A DNA stretch of 64,000 nt, taken from a virus. Shown here one piece after another: positions 1 through 9,907 of this stretch. Location: positions 29,447-93,446 of the IMG/VR virus record IMGVR_UViG_3300010885_011653; one strand, 5' to 3'. Under the pieces are notes generated by a model. It worked only from the letters and a program-made list of their open reading frames with translations, did not search any database and was not told where the DNA came from. Numbering within the stretch: the first letter of the stretch is position 1; every line of letters begins with the position of its first letter. A program made the position numbers and the translations under genes.

Positions 1-739
1 CTGCATGTAAGTCGTTTAAGTTGGTTACACGCCCAACTACAGGGTATCCTGTGTAATGTATAATCTTTTCTACTCCGTGTTCTTCTAAGAAGTCAGGACC
101 GTGCGCCCAAAAGAATTTAATCAATGCTTCAAAGTCTTTAAATTCTGGATAGTCTGTTTGTGCTATGTTAATACCTGCTTTGATAAAGTTGTGGAACTTA
201 CAAGTTTGGCTAATGTTGATACCATCTTGTTCCTGAAATAACTGTAGAGGACCGTGTCCTACATAAGGGTTAATTAATTTAACATCACCAAAGTCAAAAC
301 TACGTTTAAACTTAAAATCTGTGTCTAAGGGAAAGCCCACTGGTAAATGATATTCTAATTGTAACCAGCTTGTTCTATCACCTGTGCCAAACTGTGTTAG
401 GTGTAAGCAATAGTGTAACTCGTGTATGAGTTCATCTTGTTGTTCAGTAATCTGACTAAAGCCCGTTGCTAGTAGTGTTTCTAAATTCTTATGTAAGCTA
501 GGAGCAATGCCTATGTTAATGTCTTCGTGTTCATCCCAAGTCCAGCCAAATTCTCGTTTAGCCTGTTGACTTAATTCTCTCATGTACTCGGGTGTATACT
601 TTAATACGTCTCTGTATATAGTTGGGTGTCTACTATATGTGGCTTTGATTAGTTTAGCAAACTTATTCCCAACGGCGGTATCATCAATGGCTAAATTGAG
701 TTCGGGACGATCTTTAAATTTAACTTGTATATTAGGCAT
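1..739 (-). CDS. Hypothetical protein (>245 aa, truncated at window edge), possibly His/Glu metal-binding
   Basis: Not in the ORF track. Manual translation from ATG at 739 (MPNIQVKFKDRPELNL...) stays open to position 1. It overlaps the stop of 732..1943 by 8 bp and contains LHKNLE and IHELHYCLH motifs. Confidence 0.85.
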   Translation of the reverse strand, partial: MPNIQVKFKDRPELNLAIDDTAVGNKFAKLIKATYSRHPTIYRDVLKYTPEYMRELSQQAKREFGWTWDEHEDINIGIAPSLHKNLETLLATGFSQITEQQDELIHELHYCLHLTQFGTGDRTSWLQLEYHLPVGFPLDTDFKFKRSFDFGDVKLINPYVGHGPLQLFQEQDGINISQTCKFHNFIKAGINIAQTDYPEFKDFEALIKFFWAHGPDFLEEHGVEKIIHYTGYPVVGRVTNLNDLHA

Positions 740-1943
740 AACCCATTGCTCTGGCTATTTCAGGATGCGTATCTGTAAAACATTGTTTACGATATTCATC
801 TGTTTGTTTCATCTTAAATAAGAATTCACTTCCGTCACTGCCAGGACCTGCTTCGATAAAATTAATCACGCTGTTAATTTCTTCTTGGTACGACTTGCTG
901 GTCCAGAATGTTGTTTTTAATTTATTAAGAACTAGTTCTTTTGCCCGAGGAGTCATATACTGTATGCTCATATGATCGGGGCTGTGCATCATGTTAAAGT
1001 AAATGCTACCAAAGGGTTTAGTATTTGCCCATGCCAGTAATTCATCCAAGTAGTATACGTTCTGTATGTTGATAGTGAAGCATAACTGTGTGGTAATGTT
1101 AGGGACACTCATTTTTTTCATTATGTGAATTTCATCAATGATGATGTTTGATTCTTGCCAGTTAGCCCCATAACGCTCGTATTCAAATCTATTACCCACA
1201 TTGTCTACACTAAATGCAATGTCCACACGACCAAAATTCTTCCATAGTCCCCAGTGTCCACCAGGATACTGTGTAGCATTGGTATTGTAGTGTATATCAA
1301 TATGTTGACTATCACCAGTTTCAACTGCGTATTCTAATAGATCAAAGTGTTCTTTGATCATCCAGGGTTCGCCGCCAGTAAACTCAAAGTACTTGATGTT
1401 CGGCAACAACTCACGCATGTTATCCCAGAACGTTTCAGTCTTACGCGGCCAAGCGCCTTGCTTTAACCATTGGTATGCTATGTGTTGTTTCTTATCAACA
1501 CCGGGCATATACTTTAGTTCTTCTTCTGCCCACTTACTACTGGACCAAGAGCCGCATATACGACATTTAAGGTTACAAATGTTACCCAGCTTTAAATCAA
1601 CAAACCAAAGTTGATCGGGATTGTCATTGGTCCAATCTACTTCTTTGTACAGTTCTTTAAGTCGTACTTGTGTATGCATACGCTTGCTAGTACGGCCCGC
1701 GGCTTCTTCTTCCCAACAACGGTTACATGTTGCAGGTTTTTCACCTGCGCGAAACTGTTGCCGTAAATTTTGCATATAAGTACTACGATATGCTGTTTCA
1801 ATATTGGTTTTAGTTAAGTCGTACTTGTTGCCGGCTTCGTCTGTAATTTCTTCATGTGCCATACAGCAAGGACGTACTGTGCCCATTGGGCTAGTTTCTA
1901 CGCTAATCCAAGGTAACATACAAATTGAACTGGGTAATGTCAT
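732..1943 (-). CDS. Radical SAM protein with N-terminal twitch/SPASM-like Cys cluster
   Basis: CNLKCRIC (CxxxCxxC), FTGGEP and YNTN motifs; N-terminal CMLPW...RPCC...CNRCW. Confidence 0.9.
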   Translation of the reverse strand: MTLPSSICMLPWISVETSPMGTVRPCCMAHEEITDEAGNKYDLTKTNIETAYRSTYMQNLRQQFRAGEKPATCNRCWEEEAAGRTSKRMHTQVRLKELYKEVDWTNDNPDQLWFVDLKLGNICNLKCRICGSWSSSKWAEEELKYMPGVDKKQHIAYQWLKQGAWPRKTETFWDNMRELLPNIKYFEFTGGEPWMIKEHFDLLEYAVETGDSQHIDIHYNTNATQYPGGHWGLWKNFGRVDIAFSVDNVGNRFEYERYGANWQESNIIIDEIHIMKKMSVPNITTQLCFTINIQNVYYLDELLAWANTKPFGSIYFNMMHSPDHMSIQYMTPRAKELVLNKLKTTFWTSKSYQEEINSVINFIEAGPGSDGSEFLFKMKQTDEYRKQCFTDTHPEIARAMGYA

Positions 1944-3280
1944 CGTTTAATTGTTGCTAATTCTGGAAATACTGTAAAGAAATCTTCCCCGCGCAAATTA
2001 TCTAACTTGGCCGTTTCGTTTAAGAACGCCCCCATAAATCCACCATTGCGTTTGGCGTTTATCATGTTGAGCGCACTTTGAAATCCGTTGCTGGCTCTAC
2101 GTAAATCATCTTTAGGCACTAACCATTTTAAATGACTTTTATATGCTGGAGTAATAACATCATCTTTAAACTCTTGTGGAAATATATCAACACGATACCA
2201 TTCGGGACTTTGACAAATGTTTACGTTAAAATCTTTGGGCTGTATCAATCCTAACTCAACCCATTCTTTGTGAAAGTCCAAAACGTGTAACACATTCATA
2301 GCACTGATGGTTGCCGCAACATAAAAGTCTACATGCGGAACTTCTTCCATCATGCGTCTACGGTTATCCACAGTTTGTGCCCAATCTGTTCCTTTTCGCA
2401 TTAGCTCCGCTCTAGCTCCGCTTGCATCTAAGCTGGCTCCAACGCTAACATTGGTAAAATGTTTCCAATATTCGAATACGTGTTTATCTTTATATGCCAA
2501 TTCGCTAAAGTTTGTATTGTACTGTATACGTATATCTGTTTTACCTGCTTCAATTAACTTCTCTAGCAAGTAATAATGTTCCTTCATAATCAGCGGTTCG
2601 CCACCGGCAAAGTACACCTGCTCTAAGTGAGGAATATGTGGCTCCATTTGTTGAAGCATGTCTTCTTCATCACCGGTAGTGTACTCTATACGTGCCATTG
2701 GACGATTTAGCACGTCTGGGTCCTTACCGTATAACTTTTTATGATCGTTAAACCAATTACTACTAAAGATAGGACCGCAACTACGACAACGGAAATTACA
2801 TAAATTACTAAAGCGAACGTCCCAGTAGCGTATTTCAAATTTGGGGTTAGTACCATCAGATAATGTGTCATCTACTTCGGCAATGTGCTGTCCGTAACTA
2901 CGATTGGCATCATTACGCATACTAAAGAAACCATTTTGCTCTTGCTCGTAGCACTTGGTACATTCTTTACATGGCTTGTCTTCCATCATATTAGTACGCA
3001 TTAGTTTATATGGATCTTGATTCCATACTTCTTCCATTGTGTTCTTGCGTAGGTCTCCTACTGGATGCCAATACTCACTTAGACAACAAGGATAAGCACG
3101 ACCGTCCGGGAAGGCATGCATGTGTACCCAAGGCATCATGCAGAATGTTTCGCTTTCAGTTAATCGATTCCATTGTTCGTCTGTGCATTGATCGCGTTCA
3201 ATGAAAAAAGGATCCTTTACATTGTAACTGTATCCTCTTTTATAAAATCGTTTAATCTTATCTTCTTCTTGATCGCTCAT
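1940..3280 (-). CDS. Radical SAM protein with N-terminal twitch/SPASM-like Cys cluster
   Basis: CNFRCRSC, FAGGEP and YNTN motifs; N-terminal CMMPW...YPCC...CTKCY. ATG at 3280 is preferred over the track start at 3295 because it gives an ATGA overlap with the upstream stop. Confidence 0.9.
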   Translation of the reverse strand: MSDQEEDKIKRFYKRGYSYNVKDPFFIERDQCTDEQWNRLTESETFCMMPWVHMHAFPDGRAYPCCLSEYWHPVGDLRKNTMEEVWNQDPYKLMRTNMMEDKPCKECTKCYEQEQNGFFSMRNDANRSYGQHIAEVDDTLSDGTNPKFEIRYWDVRFSNLCNFRCRSCGPIFSSNWFNDHKKLYGKDPDVLNRPMARIEYTTGDEEDMLQQMEPHIPHLEQVYFAGGEPLIMKEHYYLLEKLIEAGKTDIRIQYNTNFSELAYKDKHVFEYWKHFTNVSVGASLDASGARAELMRKGTDWAQTVDNRRRMMEEVPHVDFYVAATISAMNVLHVLDFHKEWVELGLIQPKDFNVNICQSPEWYRVDIFPQEFKDDVITPAYKSHLKWLVPKDDLRRASNGFQSALNMINAKRNGGFMGAFLNETAKLDNLRGEDFFTVFPELATIKR

Positions 3281-4626
3281 ATTGAATTGTACCAATCTGC
3301 CAGTGCAGGAAATGTTTGTGTAAAGTTTTTACCACGACGCTGATCGTATTGTGTGTAAAACTGTTTGAAGTCTTGTTGTAGTACTGATTGTTCTGCGGCG
3401 CCCATATGAGGAGTTTTAACTACATCTAAGTAATCGATTAGTCTTTGTAGTTGATTGCGTTCCATCTGGTGTAAGAATTCATCATTTCTATTAGCATCTA
3501 GCCAGGCTTGTAATCTAAAACGATATTGTGTACGTAACTCATCTGATAGTACTAAGGGACTTTGAAAACTTGGAAAGCGTAAAATATTTAGCGTAAACGT
3601 GGGGTAGTCTTTACCGTATTCGCGTTTCCAATTCAGTATACATTCTAAGAATTGATCCAGTGTGTCTAAACATAATGCGTTAATAGTACACATCATGTGG
3701 AAACCTTCTATCCTGCCATTGGTTAGGACTTTTTCTACATTGTTAGCCCAGTCATCCCATACTAACCCATCACGTATGTATTCTGCTTGCGTACCCATTG
3801 CTTCGTTACTAGTGTACAAATGAAAGTGCTTGATGTTTTGACTAGCATCAATCATACGATCAATTAGCTCGTCTTTGGCACCCAGGTTACTGTTAAGAGC
3901 AAAGCGCATGTCAGTGTCATTATTCTTAAACCAATCTAACAGTTTAAATGTTTCTCCGGACATTAATGGCTCGCCGCCAGTTAGTCGTAATTCCAAGAGT
4001 GTTTTATGTAAGTCTGATTCCCACCATTTAAAGAACGCTTCAACATAAGGATTACTTTGACCAAACTTATAAAGCTGACTACTACCATGGTTATGAGTAA
4101 AATGATTCCTACCGTCTGAAGTGAGATTTGTGTAAGGCCCGTGAACATCGATATCTTTAACCCAAGTACTACTGAAAGCAGGGTTACAGTAGCTACACCC
4201 AAAATTACATGTACGATCAAAAGCAATCTCAAGCGTTCGTAAATCCACGTCAGCTGATGGGTTAAGTCTATAGGCATCATCGAGTTCCTCATCTTTGTAT
4301 ATAACAGTTTTGTAAACACGATCGCTGATGTTGTCCCGACCAATGTCTTCTATTTTCCAACAGTACTCACACCCAGATGGTCTTTTGCCCTGTTGCATCT
4401 GAGCACGTTCCTCTTTTTTCTTGGGTGTGTTGTGCAATGCTTTGGGGTTTGCTTCTACTTCTTCCACACTTACTTTATGCGGTAATGGGTGATGACAACT
4501 TGTAGTCATTCCAGATCCCAACCATATAGTAGCGTTGTACCATTTTGCTCCACAGAATGACTCTGACTTGATGTCAATCACACGGTGCTTGTATTCTAAA
4601 TCAGTTTCGTTATTAATTCTTGGCAT
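3277..4626 (-). CDS. Radical SAM protein with N-terminal auxiliary Cys/His motif
   Basis: CNFGCSYC, LTGGEP and LNSN motifs; N-terminal CGAKW...SCHHP...CEYCW. Confidence 0.9.
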   Translation of the reverse strand: MPRINNETDLEYKHRVIDIKSESFCGAKWYNATIWLGSGMTTSCHHPLPHKVSVEEVEANPKALHNTPKKKEERAQMQQGKRPSGCEYCWKIEDIGRDNISDRVYKTVIYKDEELDDAYRLNPSADVDLRTLEIAFDRTCNFGCSYCNPAFSSTWVKDIDVHGPYTNLTSDGRNHFTHNHGSSQLYKFGQSNPYVEAFFKWWESDLHKTLLELRLTGGEPLMSGETFKLLDWFKNNDTDMRFALNSNLGAKDELIDRMIDASQNIKHFHLYTSNEAMGTQAEYIRDGLVWDDWANNVEKVLTNGRIEGFHMMCTINALCLDTLDQFLECILNWKREYGKDYPTFTLNILRFPSFQSPLVLSDELRTQYRFRLQAWLDANRNDEFLHQMERNQLQRLIDYLDVVKTPHMGAAEQSVLQQDFKQFYTQYDQRRGKNFTQTFPALADWYNSI

Positions 4627-5995
4627 AGTATTCGCATTCTTTCCAGAACTCTTTCATTTCTGGAAATGTTTTTAAAAAGTCGGTATCTCTGCGTTGATCG
4701 TGTTCGTGAAAGAAACGATAAAAATCAGCACGTTGTAGTTTAACATAATCAGGGTCTAAATTGCGACCTTCTTTCATCCAGTCTATATCCCTACGCATAC
4801 GCTGTATTTCGTAATCTTTAAAACCTTGAAATGGACGTTCTTCAGTTTCTAAATGTAATTCCATCCAGTCTGCTACACGTTCTAGTACACCAATGTAGAC
4901 TTCGGGCAGTATCTGTAAACTTTGCCAGGCTGGTTGTCTTAGTAAAGGAGTATCAAACCAAACACGTTGATATGTGCTACTGTACATTTTTCGTAAATCT
5001 AAAATCCATTCTAATTGTTGTTGTATGCCTAACACACTTAGATTATTCATTGTAATGATAAACGTAAGACTATTGCGATAGGGAATCTCATCTAAGAATC
5101 TATGCACTCGATCCCATACACGTCTGAAGTTTAATCCGTTGCGAATATACTCAGCATGTCTGGGATTTCCAGAATCTAAACTTACGTATTGCATAAAGTG
5201 TTCTATCTGTGTGCCGCATAATTCTTTAACATAACCCAGGTATTTTTCAAACAAAGGTTCTTCAACACTAAAGTTACTTGTTACATTTAAGTGTAGTTCG
5301 GGATTAGGCAATGCTAACACATAGTCAAATACTTTATAAGTATTCTTATCCATTAGCGGCTCGCCACCGGTCATGCGAAAATGTTTTAAGTGGGGATATA
5401 GTGTGGGCCACCATTCCCAGAATGCATCAACATATGGATTATCTTCTCTAGTAGGAATTGGTCTATTACGGCCAGTAAAATGGCTAGGATCATTGTGAAC
5501 AGTACTAGTAGGATAGCCACCCCAACGGTCAACCTCTTGTTGCCAGCTCGAGCTGAACTGTGGACTACAATAACTACATTTGAGATTACAAGCGTGATTA
5601 AAATTAACTTCAACATAACTAGGTACAACATCTTCATCTCCGGTACTATTCTGAATAGTATCAAAATCACTTGCAGCCCAGGGCTCACCTGAACGATAGT
5701 GTCTGTCGCTTAACTGTCCGTGTGCTTCTATATTCCAACAATAACTACATTCTGCGGGCTTTTCATTCTTAAGCATTATAACCCGTTGTTGTTTTTTATA
5801 TGCTGTATTATGTAGTGCGCCCGGATTGTCTTTAAGTGCATCTGCATCAATTGCGTGAAGTGGCGGGTGGTAGCAGGAGTTGTTTAGTCCTGTGGGCAAG
5901 TGTAAACTAACTTGTTTCCATTTAGCCAAACAAAGTGCAGGACCTAAGTTCGCCTTCATCCATTCAGCTGATGCCATAAAATCGCTTTTAGACAT
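4613..5995 (-). CDS. Radical SAM protein with N-terminal auxiliary Cys/His motif
   Basis: CNLKCSYC, MTGGEP and VTSN motifs; N-terminal CLAKW...SCYHP...CSYCW; clearly paralogous to 3277..4626. Confidence 0.9.
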   Translation of the reverse strand: MSKSDFMASAEWMKANLGPALCLAKWKQVSLHLPTGLNNSCYHPPLHAIDADALKDNPGALHNTAYKKQQRVIMLKNEKPAECSYCWNIEAHGQLSDRHYRSGEPWAASDFDTIQNSTGDEDVVPSYVEVNFNHACNLKCSYCSPQFSSSWQQEVDRWGGYPTSTVHNDPSHFTGRNRPIPTREDNPYVDAFWEWWPTLYPHLKHFRMTGGEPLMDKNTYKVFDYVLALPNPELHLNVTSNFSVEEPLFEKYLGYVKELCGTQIEHFMQYVSLDSGNPRHAEYIRNGLNFRRVWDRVHRFLDEIPYRNSLTFIITMNNLSVLGIQQQLEWILDLRKMYSSTYQRVWFDTPLLRQPAWQSLQILPEVYIGVLERVADWMELHLETEERPFQGFKDYEIQRMRRDIDWMKEGRNLDPDYVKLQRADFYRFFHEHDQRRDTDFLKTFPEMKEFWKECEYYAKN

Positions 5996-6710
5996 AGCCT
6001 CTACTTTTTAATTCAGTGTATAAAAATTCTGCATACACAGTATAAGCCCACTCGTTTGGGTAATTAACGTTATCTGGGTCAGTCCATCCACGTTCTGTGG
6101 CCAAATCTATTAGATGTTGTTCTGTGTAGAATTGTGACCAATCGATTAATTGATATAAATTTTTATATCTATCGAATTTTTTTAATGTACCAGGGGTCAT
6201 GAAAAGATAGGGAATTTTCATTTCTTTAAGAACACCTTGTAAACTAACAACTCTAATTAGACTCTGTTGTACCAGCTCTGCATACTTTACTACACTAAAA
6301 TAATCCACAAACAACCGGCTAATAGTATCCAGCTCTTCTTTTGATTTTTTCTTTTTTCCAAAACTTTCTACCAGGTATCCTTGGCTACTGATCCAGTTTT
6401 CTGGAACATGATTATCTTGCGGCATTCCTTCGTGTATTCCTTTAAGATGATTGGAAGTCCAATAATTATTATCAAATTGGTCAATGCTACCAACTTGCCA
6501 GTCTGCACGTACCATTGTTTCCGGCCACATAACTAATACTAAATCAAATTTCTCTTTAGATAATTTTTCAACTGTACTTTCGTGTACGTAAGTGTATCCG
6601 GTGCCCGGACACGAAATATTGATTATTTCGCATTCCATTTTATTTTTAAGCTGGTTAGGCCAGGCGATAGGTTTAGCACTTATTGATGCGCCGTTAACTA
6701 GTATTTTCAT
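5988..6710 (-). CDS. SGNH/GDSL hydrolase-like protein, possibly catalytically degenerate
   Basis: N-terminal KILVNGASIS (block I G-x-S) and INISCPGTG (block II). C-terminal NYPN has Tyr where block V His is expected. Confidence 0.55.
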   Translation of the reverse strand: MKILVNGASISAKPIAWPNQLKNKMECEIINISCPGTGYTYVHESTVEKLSKEKFDLVLVMWPETMVRADWQVGSIDQFDNNYWTSNHLKGIHEGMPQDNHVPENWISSQGYLVESFGKKKKSKEELDTISRLFVDYFSVVKYAELVQQSLIRVVSLQGVLKEMKIPYLFMTPGTLKKFDRYKNLYQLIDWSQFYTEQHLIDLATERGWTDPDNVNYPNEWAYTVYAEFLYTELKSRGYV

Positions 6711-7600
6711 TCGCGTGTCATTGGTCCTTGATTTTTAAAATTGCTCTTATAGTGGTGTTTGAAAAACTTACTTTCTGCAGGTTTTATGTCCACAATAGGC
6801 AATCCCAATCGTATACGTAGTATGTCGCCTACATTGATACTTTGGTCTGTACCATCTTGTTTGAATGATTCCCACAATCGAGCCAGCACATCAAAATCTT
6901 GTACATCTTGATAATTCCACCCTTCCAGCATGATCATAAACGTTCCAAGGCGTGCGCCGTATATGGCCCACATGCCATTGTCAACATCTGCGCCTACACT
7001 TTGCCAAATACACAAGTGATCATAGTTGCGATTGTTCACACGGGTTTCAAATTCTTCTAGTGAGGGCTTATGTCCTCGATCCAAACACATCTTTACGCCT
7101 TCACGAAACCCGGCGCGCCATGCTTGAAAAGGGCTGGCGTTAGGATAAGTTGTACTGTAGCAATCATTCATAGCCCAGTAATTGGGATAAAAACAAAACT
7201 CTACATCATTGGCTTCACTGCCGTCACTATTCTCGTGAGTACGCATATTTCGTATAAATTCTTTTGTCCAACAACTCATACCACCATTGCCGTACATCAA
7301 TCCATTGATAATATTACGGCTGCGCCAACGAAACACACAATCGCTATTACTGCTATCCAGAGTAAGTTGTAAATTAAAAAATTCGGGATCAGGTATGTTA
7401 TCACCGTCAATAAGAATAAACCGCTCAGTATCACTTGCATCAGCCGCAGCCTTATGTGCCGCATCTGATCCCTTGACCCCGTCCACTCGCTTTGCCCAAG
7501 GCACCATGTTTTGAATTTTAATCCAAAATTCTTCTTTTTTAGGTTCATCATATGTTAAGTAAATGCAGTCTAAGTCTGCTACATCAATTATATCTGTCAT
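6707..7600 (-). CDS. Glycosyltransferase-like protein (GT-A fold)
   Basis: CIYLTYDEP N-terminal strand, GSDAAHKAAA helix, FILIDGDN (DxD motif), YGNGG. Confidence 0.65.
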   Translation of the reverse strand: MTDIIDVADLDCIYLTYDEPKKEEFWIKIQNMVPWAKRVDGVKGSDAAHKAAADASDTERFILIDGDNIPDPEFFNLQLTLDSSNSDCVFRWRSRNIINGLMYGNGGMSCWTKEFIRNMRTHENSDGSEANDVEFCFYPNYWAMNDCYSTTYPNASPFQAWRAGFREGVKMCLDRGHKPSLEEFETRVNNRNYDHLCIWQSVGADVDNGMWAIYGARLGTFMIMLEGWNYQDVQDFDVLARLWESFKQDGTDQSINVGDILRIRLGLPIVDIKPAESKFFKHHYKSNFKNQGPMTRE

Positions 7601-7946
7601 AGTACTCTACGTTGTTATATTCTTCTTTGGGGTATAATGCTATTGCGGCATTGCCTGCTACTACTCTTTGTCCTGTAGTACCTTTTGATAGTACAGTTCG
7701 GTTCTGTGTCTTTACTTCTATCTTTTTTAATTTTCCGTCAACAACACGAAGCTGATTAGTATTTGTTTGATTAAATTCGTCGGGATGATTTAATACAATG
7801 TAATTGCCTTCAGGATGATCTGTTTCCCATAGACCAATTATACTGCCATCGTCATTGTAATACAACCTAAACTCTTTTACCTGCTTAGGTCTATTACGAT
7901 CATATTCAGCTACTAGTTCAAGTGCTTTTAAGAATTCTGGATTCAT
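7584..7946 (-). CDS. Hypothetical protein
   Basis: 120-aa ORF overlapping both neighbours in the operon. Confidence 0.75.
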   Translation of the reverse strand: MNPEFLKALELVAEYDRNRPKQVKEFRLYYNDDGSIIGLWETDHPEGNYIVLNHPDEFNQTNTNQLRVVDGKLKKIEVKTQNRTVLSKGTTGQRVVAGNAAIALYPKEEYNNVEYYDRYN

Positions 7947-8787
7947 AGTATTCGATCATATCATCTGATGCAAATGTTTTATCATGGTAATGAAAAGGAT
8001 GTAATTGGTTAATGCCGTTTACTCTGATCATTCCAGAATCAAACTCTGAAACAAATGTTTGTTGAAAAGTCAAATCTTCATCAAAGTTATTGTGTGCAGG
8101 CTTCATATGTGTAAAATTAACAAAGTCTGCACTGGGTATTGTGCATAGTTCTGGTCCTACTAGTTGTGCCGCTAGAGCAAATACTACATCTGTAGTTGCT
8201 TGGTCGTCTCTACAGTTTTTAATAGTATTTTTAACTGTGTCCCAATTTTCATAAATTTGTCTGGCGTAGGTAAAAAAGTCTCGGGCTGTTTTAGTAAATC
8301 TAAAATACATTAATCCGTTATAAACATCAGGTAACTGATTGTTAATGAACACTTGTCTGTATTTTTTACTTGTGCTTATATTTTGTTGATAATCTCTGCA
8401 ACCGTGACTTAGTACAATATCACGTAGTCTAAAAGTATTCCACCAATGATCTATACTGCGTGTAAACAGTAAGTCGCTTTCTACTTTAATAGTTTCTTTA
8501 AAAGGCGTGAGCCAAAACGCTTGCCATTCGTTATCCAACCGCCAACCAGAGGCCATGCTAGAATCATCCCGGGCAAGATCAATAATGTAATCAAAAACGC
8601 TATGATGGCTATCATTTAATAACTCTCGAGTTTGGGAATCTACTACGACTGCTACTTGAGCATTTGTTTGTGTTGCTTTTATATTTAGTGCTTGTAGGTA
8701 AGCCAGGCGTAGATAGTCTACATCTGCTGTGTTTAGTGCAAAAGTTAAGAATCCCTGTTGTGCTTTATGCTGACTCAAGTTCAACAA
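7918..8787 (-). CDS. Nucleotide-diphospho-sugar transferase-like protein (GT-A fold)
   Basis: GFLTFA...DYLRLAY, TPFKETIKVESDLL (E-x-D variant of DxD), YNGLMYF, TDVVFA, FTHMK; paralogous to 8765..9538. Confidence 0.6.
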   Translation of the reverse strand: MLNLSQHKAQQGFLTFALNTADVDYLRLAYLQALNIKATQTNAQVAVVVDSQTRELLNDSHHSVFDYIIDLARDDSSMASGWRLDNEWQAFWLTPFKETIKVESDLLFTRSIDHWWNTFRLRDIVLSHGCRDYQQNISTSKKYRQVFINNQLPDVYNGLMYFRFTKTARDFFTYARQIYENWDTVKNTIKNCRDDQATTDVVFALAAQLVGPELCTIPSADFVNFTHMKPAHNNFDEDLTFQQTFVSEFDSGMIRVNGINQLHPFHYHDKTFASDDMIEYYESRILKST

Positions 8788-9538
8788 ACTCCTTAAACTG
8801 TTGGCTTAGTAAATATGCTTTACTCATAACATGTAAATTCATACGTGGCACTATATAAGCCTTGGTCTCATCACGTATGATAAACGTGTTATTTTTTGCT
8901 GTAATAGATTTAATAGGTTGATCTATGTTTAGCATAGGTCCAGGAATACCCTGCGGGTTATACTGGTGTCCGTTTAAGATAATATCAGCAATAGCAAACG
9001 CATAGTCATTTCTATAGTTGCGTTGTTCTATGTTGTACAAGGCTCTATAGTATCCATAGTTGTTTTGTATACGTTTAATCAATTCAAAGTATGTTTGTGC
9101 CCTGGGTGTTTTTCTAAAAGCAAATACCGTGGCCCAGACATAAGGTAAACTAGTTACTCCCATTGTCTTGGGAAATTCCTGTGTTAGACCACGAGCTTGT
9201 TTCATTATGCTCCAATCAAAATCTAACGTAAACAATTGATTAAGTGTATCATTGAAAATTAAATAGTCTGCGTCAATTACAATAGTTTCGTCGTATGGAC
9301 TTAGCTCATAGGCCATATAACGACTGGCATTGTTCCATTGTACAAACTGTTTACTATCTATATCATAGCGTGTGTTTTCTGTGCTAGGTACATCAGTAAT
9401 TAGTGTATAAGGTAATCCCAGGGTCTTACTGGCCAATTTTAGTGTGTGGTTAGCTATACCAACATAGTCTGTGGTATCTGTATTAACAGCAAAGGCCACA
9501 ATGCCTCTAGATTCTACGGAGACGTTTGAGTTCTGCAT
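8765..9538 (-). CDS. Nucleotide-diphospho-sugar transferase-like protein (GT-A fold)
   Basis: GIVAFA...DYV, SPYDETIVIDADY (DxD), WATVFAF, RNDYAFAIA, LHVMSK. Confidence 0.65.
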   Translation of the reverse strand: MQNSNVSVESRGIVAFAVNTDTTDYVGIANHTLKLASKTLGLPYTLITDVPSTENTRYDIDSKQFVQWNNASRYMAYELSPYDETIVIDADYLIFNDTLNQLFTLDFDWSIMKQARGLTQEFPKTMGVTSLPYVWATVFAFRKTPRAQTYFELIKRIQNNYGYYRALYNIEQRNYRNDYAFAIADIILNGHQYNPQGIPGPMLNIDQPIKSITAKNNTFIIRDETKAYIVPRMNLHVMSKAYLLSQQFKEFVELESA

Positions 9539-9860
9539 GTTCTTGATGCCATGTGTTCATTGCCTGTTGATAGTGCTGACAAGCAGTACGGTAAAATTCT
9601 GCACAATTTTCAATTTGAATAGGATTGCCGTACGTATCTTCCATAAACATATTTTCCCCGCCACCCCAGGGCCATACTTCATCTGCACTACGCCAAGCAT
9701 GTACAAAGGAGATTAATTCTGGTGTGGCCTTAAATAAGCCACCGGCATAAGCAAAGTGCAGATCAGTTTGAATCTTTTCGCGCAGGATTGCTCTGTTAAT
9801 TTGATGGTTGGTAGATTGGTGAATTGCAGAAACAAGATTGTCGAGTTCAGCGTTTATCAT
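9507..9860 (-). CDS. Hypothetical protein, first gene of the enzyme operon
   Basis: 117-aa ORF directly downstream of the sigma70-type promoter at 9891-9919. Confidence 0.7.
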   Translation of the reverse strand: MINAELDNLVSAIHQSTNHQINRAILREKIQTDLHFAYAGGLFKATPELISFVHAWRSADEVWPWGGGENMFMEDTYGNPIQIENCAEFYRTACQHYQQAMNTWHQEHAELKRLRRI

Positions 9861-9875
9861 TGATTGTCCAGATAG

Positions 9876-9907
9876 AAAAAAGCATAGTAGATTTTACACT
9901 ACTATGC
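9876..9907 (-). terminator. Intrinsic terminator ending the tail-fibre transcript
   Basis: Perfect 9-bp inverted repeat GCATAGTAG (9882-9890) / CTACTATGC (9899-9907), followed on the minus strand by TTTTTT (9881-9876). Confidence 0.7.

Noticed and set aside
732-9860. RiPP cluster with a precursor peptide for the radical-SAM enzymes
   Set aside because: No short precursor-like ORF, RRE domain, peptidase or transporter is visible in the window. The association with glycosyltransferases fits a sugar-related role better.
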